Below, piece by piece: positions 19,179-31,096 of a stretch of DNA of 64,000 bases; the first letter of the stretch is position 1; each line of letters starts with the position of its first letter. The notes beneath the pieces were generated by a model that made no database searches, was not told the DNA's origin, and saw nothing but the letters and a program-made list of their open reading frames with translations. The stretch is taken from the NCBI GenBank assembly GCA_976226885.1, contig OZ320322.1, positions 42,470,001-42,534,000 of the forward strand, read 5' to 3'. The DNA comes from Iphione sp. A-MEVVRFRX5 (taxonomy: Eukaryota). The position numbers were made by a program, and so were the translations under genes.

Positions 19179-20470
19179 CCTTCGTTGTTCGCGCGCTTCC
19201 CGCCTCGCCTAACGGGGGAAGCTGTTGTTGCGGGATGCTCCAGTAGCTTGGACAGGAGCTGCTCAATGCGCTCCAATCCGGTCGTTGTCTTGGCGTCGTG
19301 GCTGGCCGCCGCCACCTCTTGAGATTCAGCCTGTGCCGCATGGACACGCGTCGCCCCAGCCCCCGGGCTGCGCTCCTTCTCGGCGCGGTGGTACGACTCG
19401 GCCAAGAGCGCCTCCGAGATGGCTGCCTGAAAAGACTGGGCCTTAGCTTGCACGACCCATCTCCGGCAACGCTCTTCGCGGAGGGCCGAGACGAAGGCAT
19501 CCTTGCACATTCGATCCAACCAGGAGCCCTCGGCCTCCGGGTAGGCCTGCCGTACCAATCTTTCAATTTTCTCGGCCAGTTTCTGGACGTCCTCGTCCTT
19601 CTTCTGGCGACGCTGTTTCAACTCCTGCTCATAATACTGGGCTCGATCCTCCGACTGGAACCTCTGTCGCAGGGTCTCGACAATAGTCGAGAACGCTCCC
19701 TCAGCGGATACATCCACATTGGCTGAGCGGAGGGCGGATTGTGCCGAGCCCCTGAGACACACGCTGAGTTGCAGCGCCTGTTCCGCTTCGTCCCATCGAT
19801 TGGCCCGGGCCACCAGGGAGAAGTGGTGCAGGTATTCCGCAAGGGGGACTCCTCCACTGAAGGATTCCGGTTTGACATGGAATCGGCGTGTCGGGGGTAC
19901 CGGGGGGGCAGGCCGGAGAGCGGACTGGATCTCATCCATCAGTCCCCGCACCAGCTGGACGGCGTTTCCCTGTCCGCCCCCGGCCGGGCTCGGGTTGTGC
20001 GGGGGAGGGCCAGCCGGCGGGGCTGCTGGCGGCGGGGAGGCCGGGGCAGCGGGGTCGCGAGGGTTCGCCGTTCCATCTGCCTGTCCTCCTACCCCGGTGG
20101 GGGCTCCGGGCGTGGTGTCGTCACTGCCCCTCCCACGGGGTGAGCCGGCCCCGCTGGGAATAGAAGAATCCTCACTGCTGCTGCGGCTCGATGAGTGGTC
20201 TTCGTCCGACAGTGCTGTGCCACTGCGGCACAAAGGGGTGCGGCGGCACGGTGGGGTGCTGCGGCGCAGTGGGGTGCTGCGGCACGGTGGGGTGCCGCGG
20301 CCCCGCGGCACGCGATGCGCCCGGAGCTGCACCTCCTCGTCCTCAGTGCTGGAGTCTTCCCTCGTGGGGGACCACTCGTGGGGAATGGTACGTCCCACGT
20401 GTCCCCCCCGGGGGGCAGGGCGTGTCCCCCTTCCTCGCGGTCGCGGTGCTCCGGTGGGTGATTCCTCCAT
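19052..20470 (-). CDS. gag: Gag: long R/P/S-rich N-terminus, capsid-like domain, CCHC zinc knuckle
   Basis: Capsid-like KPESFSGGVPLAEYLHHFSLVARANRW...LRQRF; knuckle CFYCKEPGHFKRDC; start at ATG 20470, or at the in-frame ATG 20515 inside the LTR. Confidence 0.92.
   Translation of the reverse strand: MEESPTGAPRPRGRGTRPAPRGGHVGRTIPHEWSPTREDSSTEDEEVQLRAHRVPRGRGTPPCRSTPLRRSTPPCRRTPLCRSGTALSDEDHSSSRSSSEDSSIPSGAGSPRGRGSDDTTPGAPTGVGGQADGTANPRDPAAPASPPPAAPPAGPPPHNPSPAGGGQGNAVQLVRGLMDEIQSALRPAPPVPPTRRFHVKPESFSGGVPLAEYLHHFSLVARANRWDEAEQALQLSVCLRGSAQSALRSANVDVSAEGAFSTIVETLRQRFQSEDRAQYYEQELKQRRQKKDEDVQKLAEKIERLVRQAYPEAEGSWLDRMCKDAFVSALREERCRRWVVQAKAQSFQAAISEALLAESYHRAEKERSPGAGATRVHAAQAESQEVAAASHDAKTTTGLERIEQLLSKLLEHPATTASPVRRGGKRANNEGCFYCKEPGHFKRDCPVRKAAENTTDVAPAQPENEKPPAPAQ
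20223..20294 (-). repeat. 4 x 18-bp tandem repeat inside gag (TP(P/L)(C/R)R(S/R) hexapeptides)
   Basis: ctgcggcacaaaggggtg / cggcggcacggtggggtg / ctgcggcgcagtggggtg / ctgcggcacggtggggtg. Confidence 0.9.
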
Positions 20471-20486
20471 CCCACCGCTGCCACCA
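20469..20486 (-). promoter_or_regulatory. Primer binding site complementary to the tRNA-Leu 3' end
   Basis: Minus strand TGGTGGCAGCGGTGGGAT is the complement of ATCCCACCGCTGCCACCA, which I recognise as the 3' 18 nt of metazoan tRNA-Leu(AAG-type) including CCA. Confidence 0.9.
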
Positions 20487-20487
20487 A

Positions 20488-20798
20488 TGTAACGTCCGCT
20501 CCGCAAGTAAGACATGACTCCAGTTAAGATAAAGAGGTTTATTCAGTAAGAACAATATGAGCATAAGCAGTGAGCACCAACAGTGAGCACCAAAGGTAAT
20601 CTGAACTGCCCGGGTGGGCCAACTCCCTTATATACCCACTCCCAGTCTCCTCAGCATCCGGGTACCGGACCCCTCATACTCCGCAGCACCCCTTCGAGTG
20701 CCGCACGGGGGCATGCCGCTGCACCCCACCAGTCCAGTCCACTGTGCCGCAGCACCCCTGGTGTGCCGCGGTGCCGCAGCCATGCAGTGGCTCCAACA
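20488..20798 (-). repeat. 5' LTR
   Basis: Second LTR copy; on the minus strand it is followed by 1 nt and then the PBS. Confidence 0.97.
20628..20634 (-). promoter_or_regulatory. LTR TATA box (copy in 3' LTR at 10586-10592)
   Basis: Minus strand GGGTATATAAGGG lies downstream of a GC-rich U3 and upstream of the AATAAA. Confidence 0.7.
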
Positions 20799-20802
20799 AT
20801 TA
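20799..20802. repeat. Target-site duplication ATTA (right)
   Basis: See left copy at 10442-10445. Confidence 0.9.
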
Positions 20803-21400
20803 TATCTAATGGAAACTTTCCGTCATATCCTATTTCGTCTTTTGGCAAGTGCAGTACGGAAATGCAAAGTAGAGGTTCCCTAGTAGATATTATACCCCAT
20901 AGACCCCTATTTTGCAGGGCTGATGTCCCCACGTGACTCGTTAATCACACACTCTCCAGTAGGCAGTACATGGTCTTGCCTCTCCCTGCCATCCTCCCTT
21001 CCCTAGTGTAGGTTATGGTGCCTTTCATTTACACATACTTATCATTGTGCAACATGGAATGGAACTCCACTGATAACTGCATGTACCTGGGAAATATATT
21101 TCCTTTATTTCTCCAATTCCTGCATGTATCTATTCAGAAATAATGATATATATGTTACTGTTCGCGAGTTTGTCTATTCAGCCTGCTCGCGTTTCACGGT
21201 GTTTCGTACATTAACGTGATGAAAAGTACTAGTCACCTACTTGGACGAATCGCCGTGTTACTTGCCCCTTCATGTATACCAAACCCTATCATTACACCTA
21301 CTTTCTACGATCAACTATCAATACTACATTTGTTAAATCGTAATGATAATCTATGATTAAGTATTTGTGATAGTTTTATGTATATGTACAGAAAAAAGAT

Positions 21401-21662
21401 TGCTGACTAGCCCTGGTCCACAGATGGGGAGGTCACAGGTTCAATCCTAGGCCTGGGACTCTTGACCATGACTGCACAGATTTACTATAGCCCCAACCCA
21501 TAGTGGTTCACAACATATAACATATAACATGGGTGAATGGGATTCTGTTCCCTATGCACAAAAAAAAACACAAGAAACCTACTCAAAATGAGATTAGGAA
21601 TCAGCCCAGGTATTTTTGTCTCTCAATTCTCAATAATAGATGGTAGTATGCTATCCCGGGGG
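21401..21662 (+). mobile_element. tRNA-derived SINE, 5'-truncated diverged copy
   Basis: B box GGTTCAATCC at 21438-21447; collinear blocks shared with the 45472-45762 copy (tgctgactag, gtcacaggttcaatcctaggcc, cccaggtatt, aattctcaataat, ggtagt). Confidence 0.7.
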
Positions 21663-24600
21663 GATATTGCAGCACAGCTTAAATGATAGCTGAATATCTG
21701 GTTCATGGTGAAAAATAGAATGAAATGAAATGCAAGATAGACATTAGTCTTACAAAGTTCTGAAAATAATCGAGTCCATCAGATGCAATATGTAAAAAAA
21801 TATATTTCGTCACTCTTGCCAATCCAAGGCCAAGGCCATTAACCTTGAGACAATATTATTAGGATAAAGTTACTTATTCCCTGACATGGATAGGCAGTCC
21901 TCAATTATCTGCAGAACCCATATAACCATTGCATGTCATTAGGCTGATTAATTTGATCGGAATCTTCTCTCAGTGTGAGACCATCAGAGAATAATGCCCC
22001 AGTAACCCCTTCCAGAGAGAGTCCCAACAAGTAACACGTAACACTCTTAAGAGTGCACAGGTGTGACAGAATTATGAGTATTAAACAATGTGACTCCAAC
22101 TTCGTTCAGTAATATACAAAGTGTGATAAATACAGTGATGTGATTCATTGATGCTATGAAACATTTGGTGCATGTGAATCAACAGATAGGTAACGCAATA
22201 ACTTTGAAAACAAAAAATGCTACTGTCACTACAACTACCATATCAATATGATGTGCATTATGGCTTATGTCAAAGTAAACCCTCCATTAAAGCCTATCAT
22301 GCCCGTACTTCGCTGATGCTGGGCGGTAGCGCACATAACTAAATGCTGGGAAATTATGGCAATACTGCATTTAAATACGACGAGAAGCACATTATGTTTC
22401 GAATGGTCACCAATGGCTAAGCCCACAAAAAGTGTCTTGCTTTTTTGGGGGGTAGAAAGATCTATTAAGGCGTCACGTGTCCTACACCGCTTTTGTAACA
22501 CGTTTCATTTGTTTATGATGCAAGCTTATTTCTACAAGGTGCGGCATTGGCAGTGTTTCACATGTGAATGTAAATACAACGTTACGCACAGAATTTCATA
22601 TAATTGCTACGTAGGACTTCTGCCAGACGAAACAAGGACGGCGAAGTATTTGATGTGTTTAGCTGAGAAGATTGGACAAAAATGACTGGCAGAGCAGCAG
22701 ATTGCAAGCGTGAAGGATGGAAATCAGGTTGATTTGTGCCTAAACCGACTTGCAATATTGTTAACGCATGCGATAACCAACTCAGACGAGTGCCGACTCG
22801 TCCCCAAACGAGCTCACACTATCACCAAACCAAATGTTCCCAACCGCTCTAGACATTGGAATGAGTATGCACAAAGGCATAGACTTACATTCCTCTTCCC
22901 GTGTATCAGACATGAGCTATATCCAAAGGAAATTCGGGAAAGTATGCGAGCTTAATGAAAATACAGCTTCATATGACTTGGTATACATTGATTCTGGACT
23001 AAATTTGGTTTTGGAATAAATTATCATTGGAATGAGAAGGTTATAGTACATATCACTCGGGGCTCATGGACGTCTACTTATAAACTGGTGGATGACTGCG
23101 ACTTGACCGATGAGAACACTCCAAGGCACGGTTAACGCAAAAAGGAAAATGAAAAAATGGCCCAGAGTCCGTTGGGCACCATCTCTATATTTACCTTTCC
23201 AAAGTTTTTTCTGGGGATATTATTATAACACGCTGTATATATTTATGAGATTGTCTCTCTCTATATATATAATGTAAATATGCAAGAATATATTCGTCCC
23301 AGATCAATAGTATCATTTAAACGGTTGGAATTTATTTGGCATTTCTTAATGTGTGTTTACTTCGAAAAACAAACTACCACCTGGCCATGAAGACTAGCCC
23401 TTTAGCAAATATTTCAACTATTAACGTCCATTTTGATGGAAAGCAAGAACCAGTATGGAACTAGTGACCATTGGCCTTTACAGATAGCGGAGAAATTATC
23501 TTAGTTAACAGCGCATCCAAATACAACCGTAACACTGTGTGTTTCAATAAGGGACATTTACTCTATCTGGATTCATTCTCTCTCTTCACAAAACAGTTCT
23601 AATACTTTTATCCAAATTACACATTTATGTCGTATTTTAAATAGTGCTAAGAAACTTGAATTTCACGCTTTTTTTGTAAAGATTGAATTGCTTTTTCGTG
23701 AGTAGAAGGAAACGCAAGCTCCGGAAGATCAGTATTTTTCTCAAAGGTGGACGTGGTCGATGTCAGTAATGGCGCACCCGGCGATTTGCTGGCAGACCGG
23801 GGAATGCCTCTATTCACCCCCACCCAGCTGGTATAGAGCCAAATACTGCACCGGTCAATAAGGTCCCGACTCCCACCGCTCATTAGGCCTGCTTTCATAC
23901 AATATATCCTTTCCGGCCTCTTCCATCTGGCAGAGCGTAGTGCAGCGGTAACAAATAGTCCCTGTAGTTTTTTTGAACTAGCGAAGATAGTAAAATATCG
24001 TGGAAGTTAAAACTTGATGAATTGATCTTATATAGAAGATGTACTGTCAAATGTAGATTTTTCATTTTATCAGTGGCTTTCCCAGAATATTGAATGGTGA
24101 CTGTTTTGTTAGCTACTGTATATCGACTTGTTTATATCCACCATACATTCCTAAACATTGGTATGATGTTTAAGGACGTCTTTATAATGTCCACAAAGTA
24201 ATCTTATGAAGTTTGAACGTTTGTAAAATGCTGTCTGTATTATGTAATTTAACCATAGACACACATCTCTTCTTATTCCTGTCTAAAAAGCACATTGTAA
24301 AACAACACGTTACATCCATTTGAATGTGTTTGATTTCTAAGTTAACTTCATATTAACACTTCTTCCCTTTTTCATGTCTGCTTTAACCAGAATTAAACAC
24401 CCAGACCTTCAGACACAAAAGGAAGTCGTGGTAAGTGTTGTACTGAAGATTCCTCATGCTATTTTCCTTGCCTTAGCCAACGCCCCCACTCATGTTCTCT
24501 CGTGATAATTATCCGCGATAAAGTGAAAAGCCAGTTTTGAGGAAAGCTACTCATAAGGGACAGAAATTTAGTGTTTGGTGATGCTTGACTGATGGTCTTC

Positions 24601-27600
24601 TCCGATGACGTTTGTTTCTTGCGGGACATAATCAACTGCGGTGCAAAGGCTGCAGTTTTACATATGAGAACCTTTAAATTGAAAATAAGATACATGTATT
24701 CCGTTACTATGCTGCATTGATAGGCCTGACTTTGTACTCTCCTTTTGACCTGACAAAACTGCTGGCATGTTTCATATGTCCCTTATGTAAAAACAACCAG
24801 ACAAGTGTAAAGCAAATAGAGGCTTCATACTACTAGAATGACATTTATGAGATGTTCTCTGTTTTGTGCTAGCCTCAGCATTTTATACCTAAACACTGAA
24901 GCCGACAGCTAGCAGAAGGTTATAGATCTTTAATGCATAGGATGACACTTTTATTGCCTGTTATAGGAGGACATAACATGATTGTCTCTGCCAGATGCGC
25001 AATTGCATTATGAAGTTGGTTTTGAATATTGGTTGTAAAGCCCGAGCCTTGACTTCAGACTTTACTGCTCATAGAGCATCAGAAAACACTTATATTCCTA
25101 TCTCTAAGGGCCTGGTTGCCACAATGTTCCTTGTTTATTGAACATATTTTAACCTGACAACAAAGCCTGGAAGAGTTGTGTAACAAATGGCCGTTGACTC
25201 ATGAACGACCTCACCTAATGCCCTCTAACATCTCCCACTCCTATATACCTAGACCCACATAACCACACAGTATGCTCTGTACTCCGTTGTGTGTGAGCCT
25301 GATACTCTGATGTTTGTATGTAAAATATCACAAAAAAGATCGAAACACCGCGTAGATTGTATATACATGTATGATGTTCTCGTACACACGTGGATAGTTG
25401 TATTCTCGTTGTACTTCTCACCATATTCAACTGTCCGCAAACATTGTTACCAATTTTTGTACTTCTGTATTGTCTAAATCTACTTTCTTTTTGATCATTT
25501 CAATTTGTATTTTTTGTACTTCTCCCAGTATTGAATAGTTCACATTCATTTCTACCTATTACTGTTTTGTCTCAATTTACTATTTTGTTCGTGTTATTTT
25601 GCCTTTTGATAATTTTATTTGTTCAATAACCAGTGTTTAAGGTGACTATTATACAATAAGAATATGAAGATTACTTATAAGAGCGCATAATACCTCGCTC
25701 AAATGTGATCTGTGAATCATGAAATTATATCCGTAACATCGTGACATAACCTACCACCATCAACTAAGATTAAGTCTCAGCTCTCACTAGAAGATCTCTA
25801 GCAATCTCTGTGATCAAGAAGAAGATGAATAAAAAATTCGTATTCGTATGTGCATTGTGTATCTTGCATTAGTGTGTGTTGAGTAGTGTGAGTAGCAAAC
25901 ATGCTACAAATATTGGGGGTACATCCTAGCGAGGTTATAAACATATCAAATTGTGAATTATGGTTACAGAATGCAAAACTGGCTACACGGATCATCCCAA
26001 TACGGGAACACTGTTCTGTTTCGTCTTAGTAGGCAGACTTTGCTGTGATCCTGTTTCTGTTATATTACATGAATCTGGATTGGCTGAAGAGGTTTATTTC
26101 ACTAATCCCTGCTGCACCATGTCTATATGCACAATTTCACATACCCCAAGGTGATATACGCAGATCATACTCACATATCCAAGGTGATTTATGCAGATCA
26201 ATTAACTTCAAACAAACTAGCGCATAAAAGGCGGGTTGGCTTCCTTGTGGTAACTGCACAGACTGTAGCAATTAATAACAGCATACAACCTTCTCAGCGA
26301 AGTAATGTTAATCCAAAATATTCGGAAAGGGAAAGTGTTTCTTCAAAATTGATTCTGCAATTCAAATACTCAGGATTATTACGAAACTAAATCTTGCCAG
26401 CGCACAGGCCATTAATGTTTATTTCATGTAACATATCTGTTTCGTTTTTAATATGGTTATATATTCTAGTGGCTAAGGGGGACTTAGTCGGATGTATTCT
26501 TTCTATAAGGTGACAATAAGAATAATCAAAGTTTATCAAAATACGTTTATAATAGACATACACTCCCTACAACCTTCAACGAGAAGAATGGTCCTTCAAG
26601 TATGATTAGAGGAAGTGCGGTAACAGTGGTGTAATGATTATATTTACCTTGTGCTGGCGTGGCAAGAACCTTGGCTTTTGTTCATTACACGCTACGGGTC
26701 GATGAAATCCCTGCTTAACTAGTGCATTCATAATTAGCGCCAATCTCACTTTAATAGGAGGAGATGCATCATATCGTGAGGTAACCTGGCTAAGGCTAGC
26801 GTGGACATCCATCTAATGACTGCAGTTAACTGATCAGCTTCATGATATGCATTAAACAGCCTTTTGTGACTGCCATTCATCGTCATTAGTCTTATGTAAG
26901 ATAAATGGGTAAATATGGATTGCAATTGATCGGTCTTATAAAAAGTACAGTACTACATTATTGTAATTTGCTACTCTTGTAACATACACAATAAGAGAAC
27001 TACAGCTTATACATAGAAATGGCTAATCAATTTATTTTGAATGCCATCTGACAATAGAATCTCTTGAGATATGGCATGTAAGAAATATCATAGAGGCACT
27101 AGGCTTAGCAATAGGTGTAATATAACAATAAACACAACAGAGATCTCTAGAGATCGAGGAAGTTTGATCTAGGAATAACATGCAGTACGCAAAATGACTG
27201 ATCATCTGACGAGATTGAGGGGAACTTAAATAGCTGTCCCTGAGGGTTACAGGTCCAAATACTGGATGTTATATGAGGTGATACCTGTGGCATTTCACAT
27301 AATATACAGTAGATTGTACAACGATGCTTATTTAGTAAAAGCCATTCCAAGGGGTGGGAGGGACCCAGGAAAATAACCACTTCACCACGATTTGACACAC
27401 TGATTGCTGCTGGCTGCAGGTAGCTAATTATAAGTGGTAATAATGAGTGGACTCAATAGAGGGCGCCACCAGTGTTGTACAATAGCTAGCGATCCGCTGT
27501 TGGAAATAGCTGTACAATTTCCGAAGTTCTTGTTACAGGTTCAAACCTTCTCATTTGCCCTCTGTTTCCTTTGCTCTCTTTCTAACGTCGGCAGTATCTA

Positions 27601-28612
27601 TCGCTCTCTCTCCCTCTCCCCCCCCCCAGTAGCCACACATAGGTCGATGATGACCAACTGTGGGATCAAAAGGTAAGCTGACAAATGAAAGAGTAAAACG
27701 TTTGATAACTTGAAGCTTCTGTCACCAAGAATACTGCGTCCTCACCAGTTAAACATCCACGCATATATTTATCTATACATGTATTACACATTATCGAAAA
27801 TAAATGTTTTAAATTATGAACAAGAATGAAATTGGACTAATTTGTTAGTTAAACTAAGGAATATTGACAGAACAGATTCCTTAGTGATGATGTCATTAAT
27901 GGCGAAAACCCTCCTTATCAGTGGCATGTGTGCAGTGAAGTAGAACCAATGAACGGAAAGCACTAAAGCCCGGTTTCCATATCTGTGGAAGGGTGTGGAA
28001 GGTGTCTGGGTGCGTAGTCTAATGGAATATATTTCTGGAGGGCCATGCACAGGGGGTGTCTTTTGGAGAGGTTCAGAAGGGTGTGGAAGGGTCTGTGGAA
28101 AAACAACCCTAAAATGATTTTTTCAAAGAAATTCAGCCAAAAAGCTTCAAATTCCATGAAAAGTCGGCCCCCAAATGATTTATTTGATCAAAATTCAGCC
28201 AAAATGAAGCTTTTTCATGAAAGGTCAGCCAAAAAAGCTTTTTTCATGGGAACTATTTTTCATGAAAAATATTGAAAATGATCGGGAAAAACAGGAAAAA
28301 GACCACATTGCGTGGAGATGTGTGTAAATGTGCACTAATATGTGTAAAAGTGAGTAAAAATGAGTAAATATGAGGAAATTACTATGGATGACTGTGCATA
28401 TAGCATGCATGTATAGACAATTATCAAGTATGCACAAAAAATGGCCCGCACGCGCCATATCCATATACATGTATGCCAACACACAGATAGTTACTCATTT
28501 ATAGAAATCTATAAACATATGCACGTCTACACATAGCCTTGCACACGGATCATTCCAGCTTATTGGAAGCCAGGCCTAACTCTTAGCTTCCTCCCTCACT
28601 CTCCCTCTGCCC

Positions 28613-28615
<3 letters not shown>

Positions 28616-28663
<48 letters not shown>
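28616..28663. repeat. (CT)n microsatellite
   Basis: Direct reading, about 24 units. Confidence 0.97.
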
Positions 28664-28666
<3 letters not shown>

Positions 28667-30416
28667 TCACTCTGTTTTTCTCTGTTGTTCATGTACAATC
28701 ACTGTCGGTCACTATCTCCATGACAAACCCTCCAAGTGCAAGCACAACAGGTGCCTGTATATATCAAAACATCCTCGAACGTTTCCATTAGCGCCAGAAT
28801 AAGCTGGTCCCTCGAGAGGTTGCATTAAAGGAATTCAATTGTATAGAGAGTGCTTGTATAGAGAGAAATCATTGACATATAAGGAGTACTTCAACCGTCC
28901 CGTCCCTTTAAATTCATGGACCTCTGCTAAGCCGTTCCAGATGTATCTTCCACGCACGGATATATATGTGGGAATGGATCTCCGCTTGCATTGTCTGTAC
29001 TTTACGAAACACAAGTTTCTGGACTTCTGATTCATGATTAGGCGAGGGGAAAAGTATGGCTTATTAATGGCCACTTAGCAGCAGCAACAGCAACAACACC
29101 TGCGTCCAGTGTGGCAGTCTGTTTTCTCAGTCTGTGGGTTTATTTAGGTGCTGAAGAAGATAGATCTCTGGCCCTGGAAGAGTTATGCCATATTCGAAAT
29201 ATCCCTGTCTTATGTACGATATATTTATACTATACAATGAGAAGGCTGCAGCTTACTCACTCACCTTAGAGAAAGCAACACAAATGTATCTGGGTTATCT
29301 TGACCTCCCACCTTTGAACTTCAGCCTGCTGGCTTGGATAGTGCCTGCCACATGGAGGGCCTATAGTGTAGAGCTTCCCTATCGGCTTATAGGAATCCCC
29401 TGAGGTGCACAAACGAGCTTTAACAGAGGGCAAGTGACGGCCTACAAGGTAACTCCCACACTCACTCGAATGGGCACTGAGAACACTAGCTTTACTTGCG
29501 AATAGCGAGCTCTCCTGAAAATCGTTTAAATGATACGACACCGCGAGTGATCTCCACACATTTGCAGTGTATAGATGTCCAGAGGGCATCCAGAGGAATG
29601 GCAGTAAACGACGGAAAGTGAGCTTTTTCAAACTTCAGAAGGTAACAGACCTCTTTACCATGCCTATGGGATTCCATTATTTTTGTATTATGATATAGAC
29701 GCGGCACGAAGAATACATAAGAAACCATGTGTCTTCCGATAACGTGTATAATCATGAAAATATCAACTGATTTAAGACAAGGAAAGATTCAATTTGTTCA
29801 TATTACGTTTACATCCCATAGTGTTAGTATTAGGAAGGTTGTCAGGATACTGGTTCTCTTTTGTTCGTTAAATGCGAATCCAGCACGGCCAGAGAATATA
29901 GTCTTTGAGAGTACTAAACCGTAAGCTGCATAGAAGCTTCGTCTATGCCCTTACGCCTGTAACTAGAGGTGTCTCCAGACAAAAGAATAATTACAATTAA
30001 TTACACGTAAGACAGAATACATTTTCCTATGCTCAGAAGTGATGGCGACCTTTCCTTATCATCTCTAGCAAAGGATCTTCGGTGTAAAACATGATCAATG
30101 GAACTACTCCTAGTCATAAGTATACTAGAAAAACGGCCATATGCTTACACGACTCGAGAGGTCTTATTCACAGTATGTCTTCATTACAAAGTGATGTAGT
30201 GTGCCATCTCGCGGCACTTAAGTCAAGAAAGAGGATAGCTTAAGGGGTAGTATGCATGCTGTCGAACTAATAAAGCATCAGGGAATTAGCATTCTACAGA
30301 ATAATTCCACTACCTTGTCATGATAGATTTGGGCAATAATCAACATGAGCATTTGCCGACTTGTACCATAGCAAATTCGTGGCCAGGCCAGATCATGACA
30401 TAATCAACTTGTATAG

Positions 30417-31096
30417 TTGGCAAATCCAGAGTTCACAGGTCTTGTTTTGCTGAATAACGCGATTTCATCTTTTGAAGTGCGTCGAAATGACTTGTACGGC
30501 TTTGACGATCATGCCTTTATTGCAATGAAAGCAGCACAAAATTGTGTGAGGCACACCCCAATAATTGATGTTTCAAATTGTAACTGTTATTGCTTAATTG
30601 TCTATGTGAGCCATAAGGAAAAAAACACAACTGATCCATGAATATTTCCAATGGCAGTGAAACCGTCATACCTACGTATCACCTGTGCGTATTCGCCGCT
30701 TTCTACTCTGAAAATTCTATCTGCATTCCCATTAAGTGAGGGGACACATGCCCCGTTTCTTCCGATCTTTACCTCCCTTTTTCTAGTTGATGTGCTCTTG
30801 GATAAACCTATTATGACCTATATCGTCGTGCCCTGCAATTCTGGATGCAGCGAGAGGTAGCGACTCGTTAATATCCAGTCCCTTCGAGCGATCAAGAGTG
30901 CCATTCCTATGCAATGGCCATCGGCCTACTACGTACGTCTTCTGCCACGGCAGTCAGATTTCCATTTTAACTTACACGATGGAATATTCTCCAGAACCTT
31001 CATACTAAGCCCTTCTCCAGTCGTTTGCATTCAAATTTCACTATTTTCCTATATATTGGAACCTACAGGTGTTCAGCGGATGCGTTGCCTCTTTAA
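30417..31096 (+). CDS. Candidate terminal exons of a host gene (30417-30543, 30787-30856, 31069-31096)
   Basis: Three pyrimidine-rich acceptors and phase-compatible joining to a TAA, but one weak donor (GTGTGA) is required and there is no recognisable homology. Confidence 0.22.

Larger units (their letters stand above)
10446..20798 (-). mobile_element. Full-length Ty3/Gypsy LTR retrotransposon (10353 bp) with an extra non-env 3' ORF region
   Basis: Two 311-bp direct LTRs with TG...CA ends, 4-bp TSD ATTA on both sides, PBS, PPT, gag and pol in PR-RT-RH-IN order (the Gypsy order); much more GC-rich than the flanks. Confidence 0.97.

Noticed and set aside
20223-20294. CRISPR-like array (also considered for 34713-34905)
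   Set aside because: Tandem units without unique spacers, in a eukaryotic TE context
10978-20517. Dozens of plus-strand and off-frame ORFs inside the Gypsy element (e.g. 11069-11737, 12371-13000, 13956-14564, 17987-18619, 19719-20492, 18595-19566)
   Set aside because: Shadow ORFs expected in very GC-rich coding DNA; no motifs, and they overlap well-supported genes
29265-29640. Minus-strand exons with strong splice signals
   Set aside because: No reading frame passes cleanly through to the GTGAGT donor; cannot support as coding
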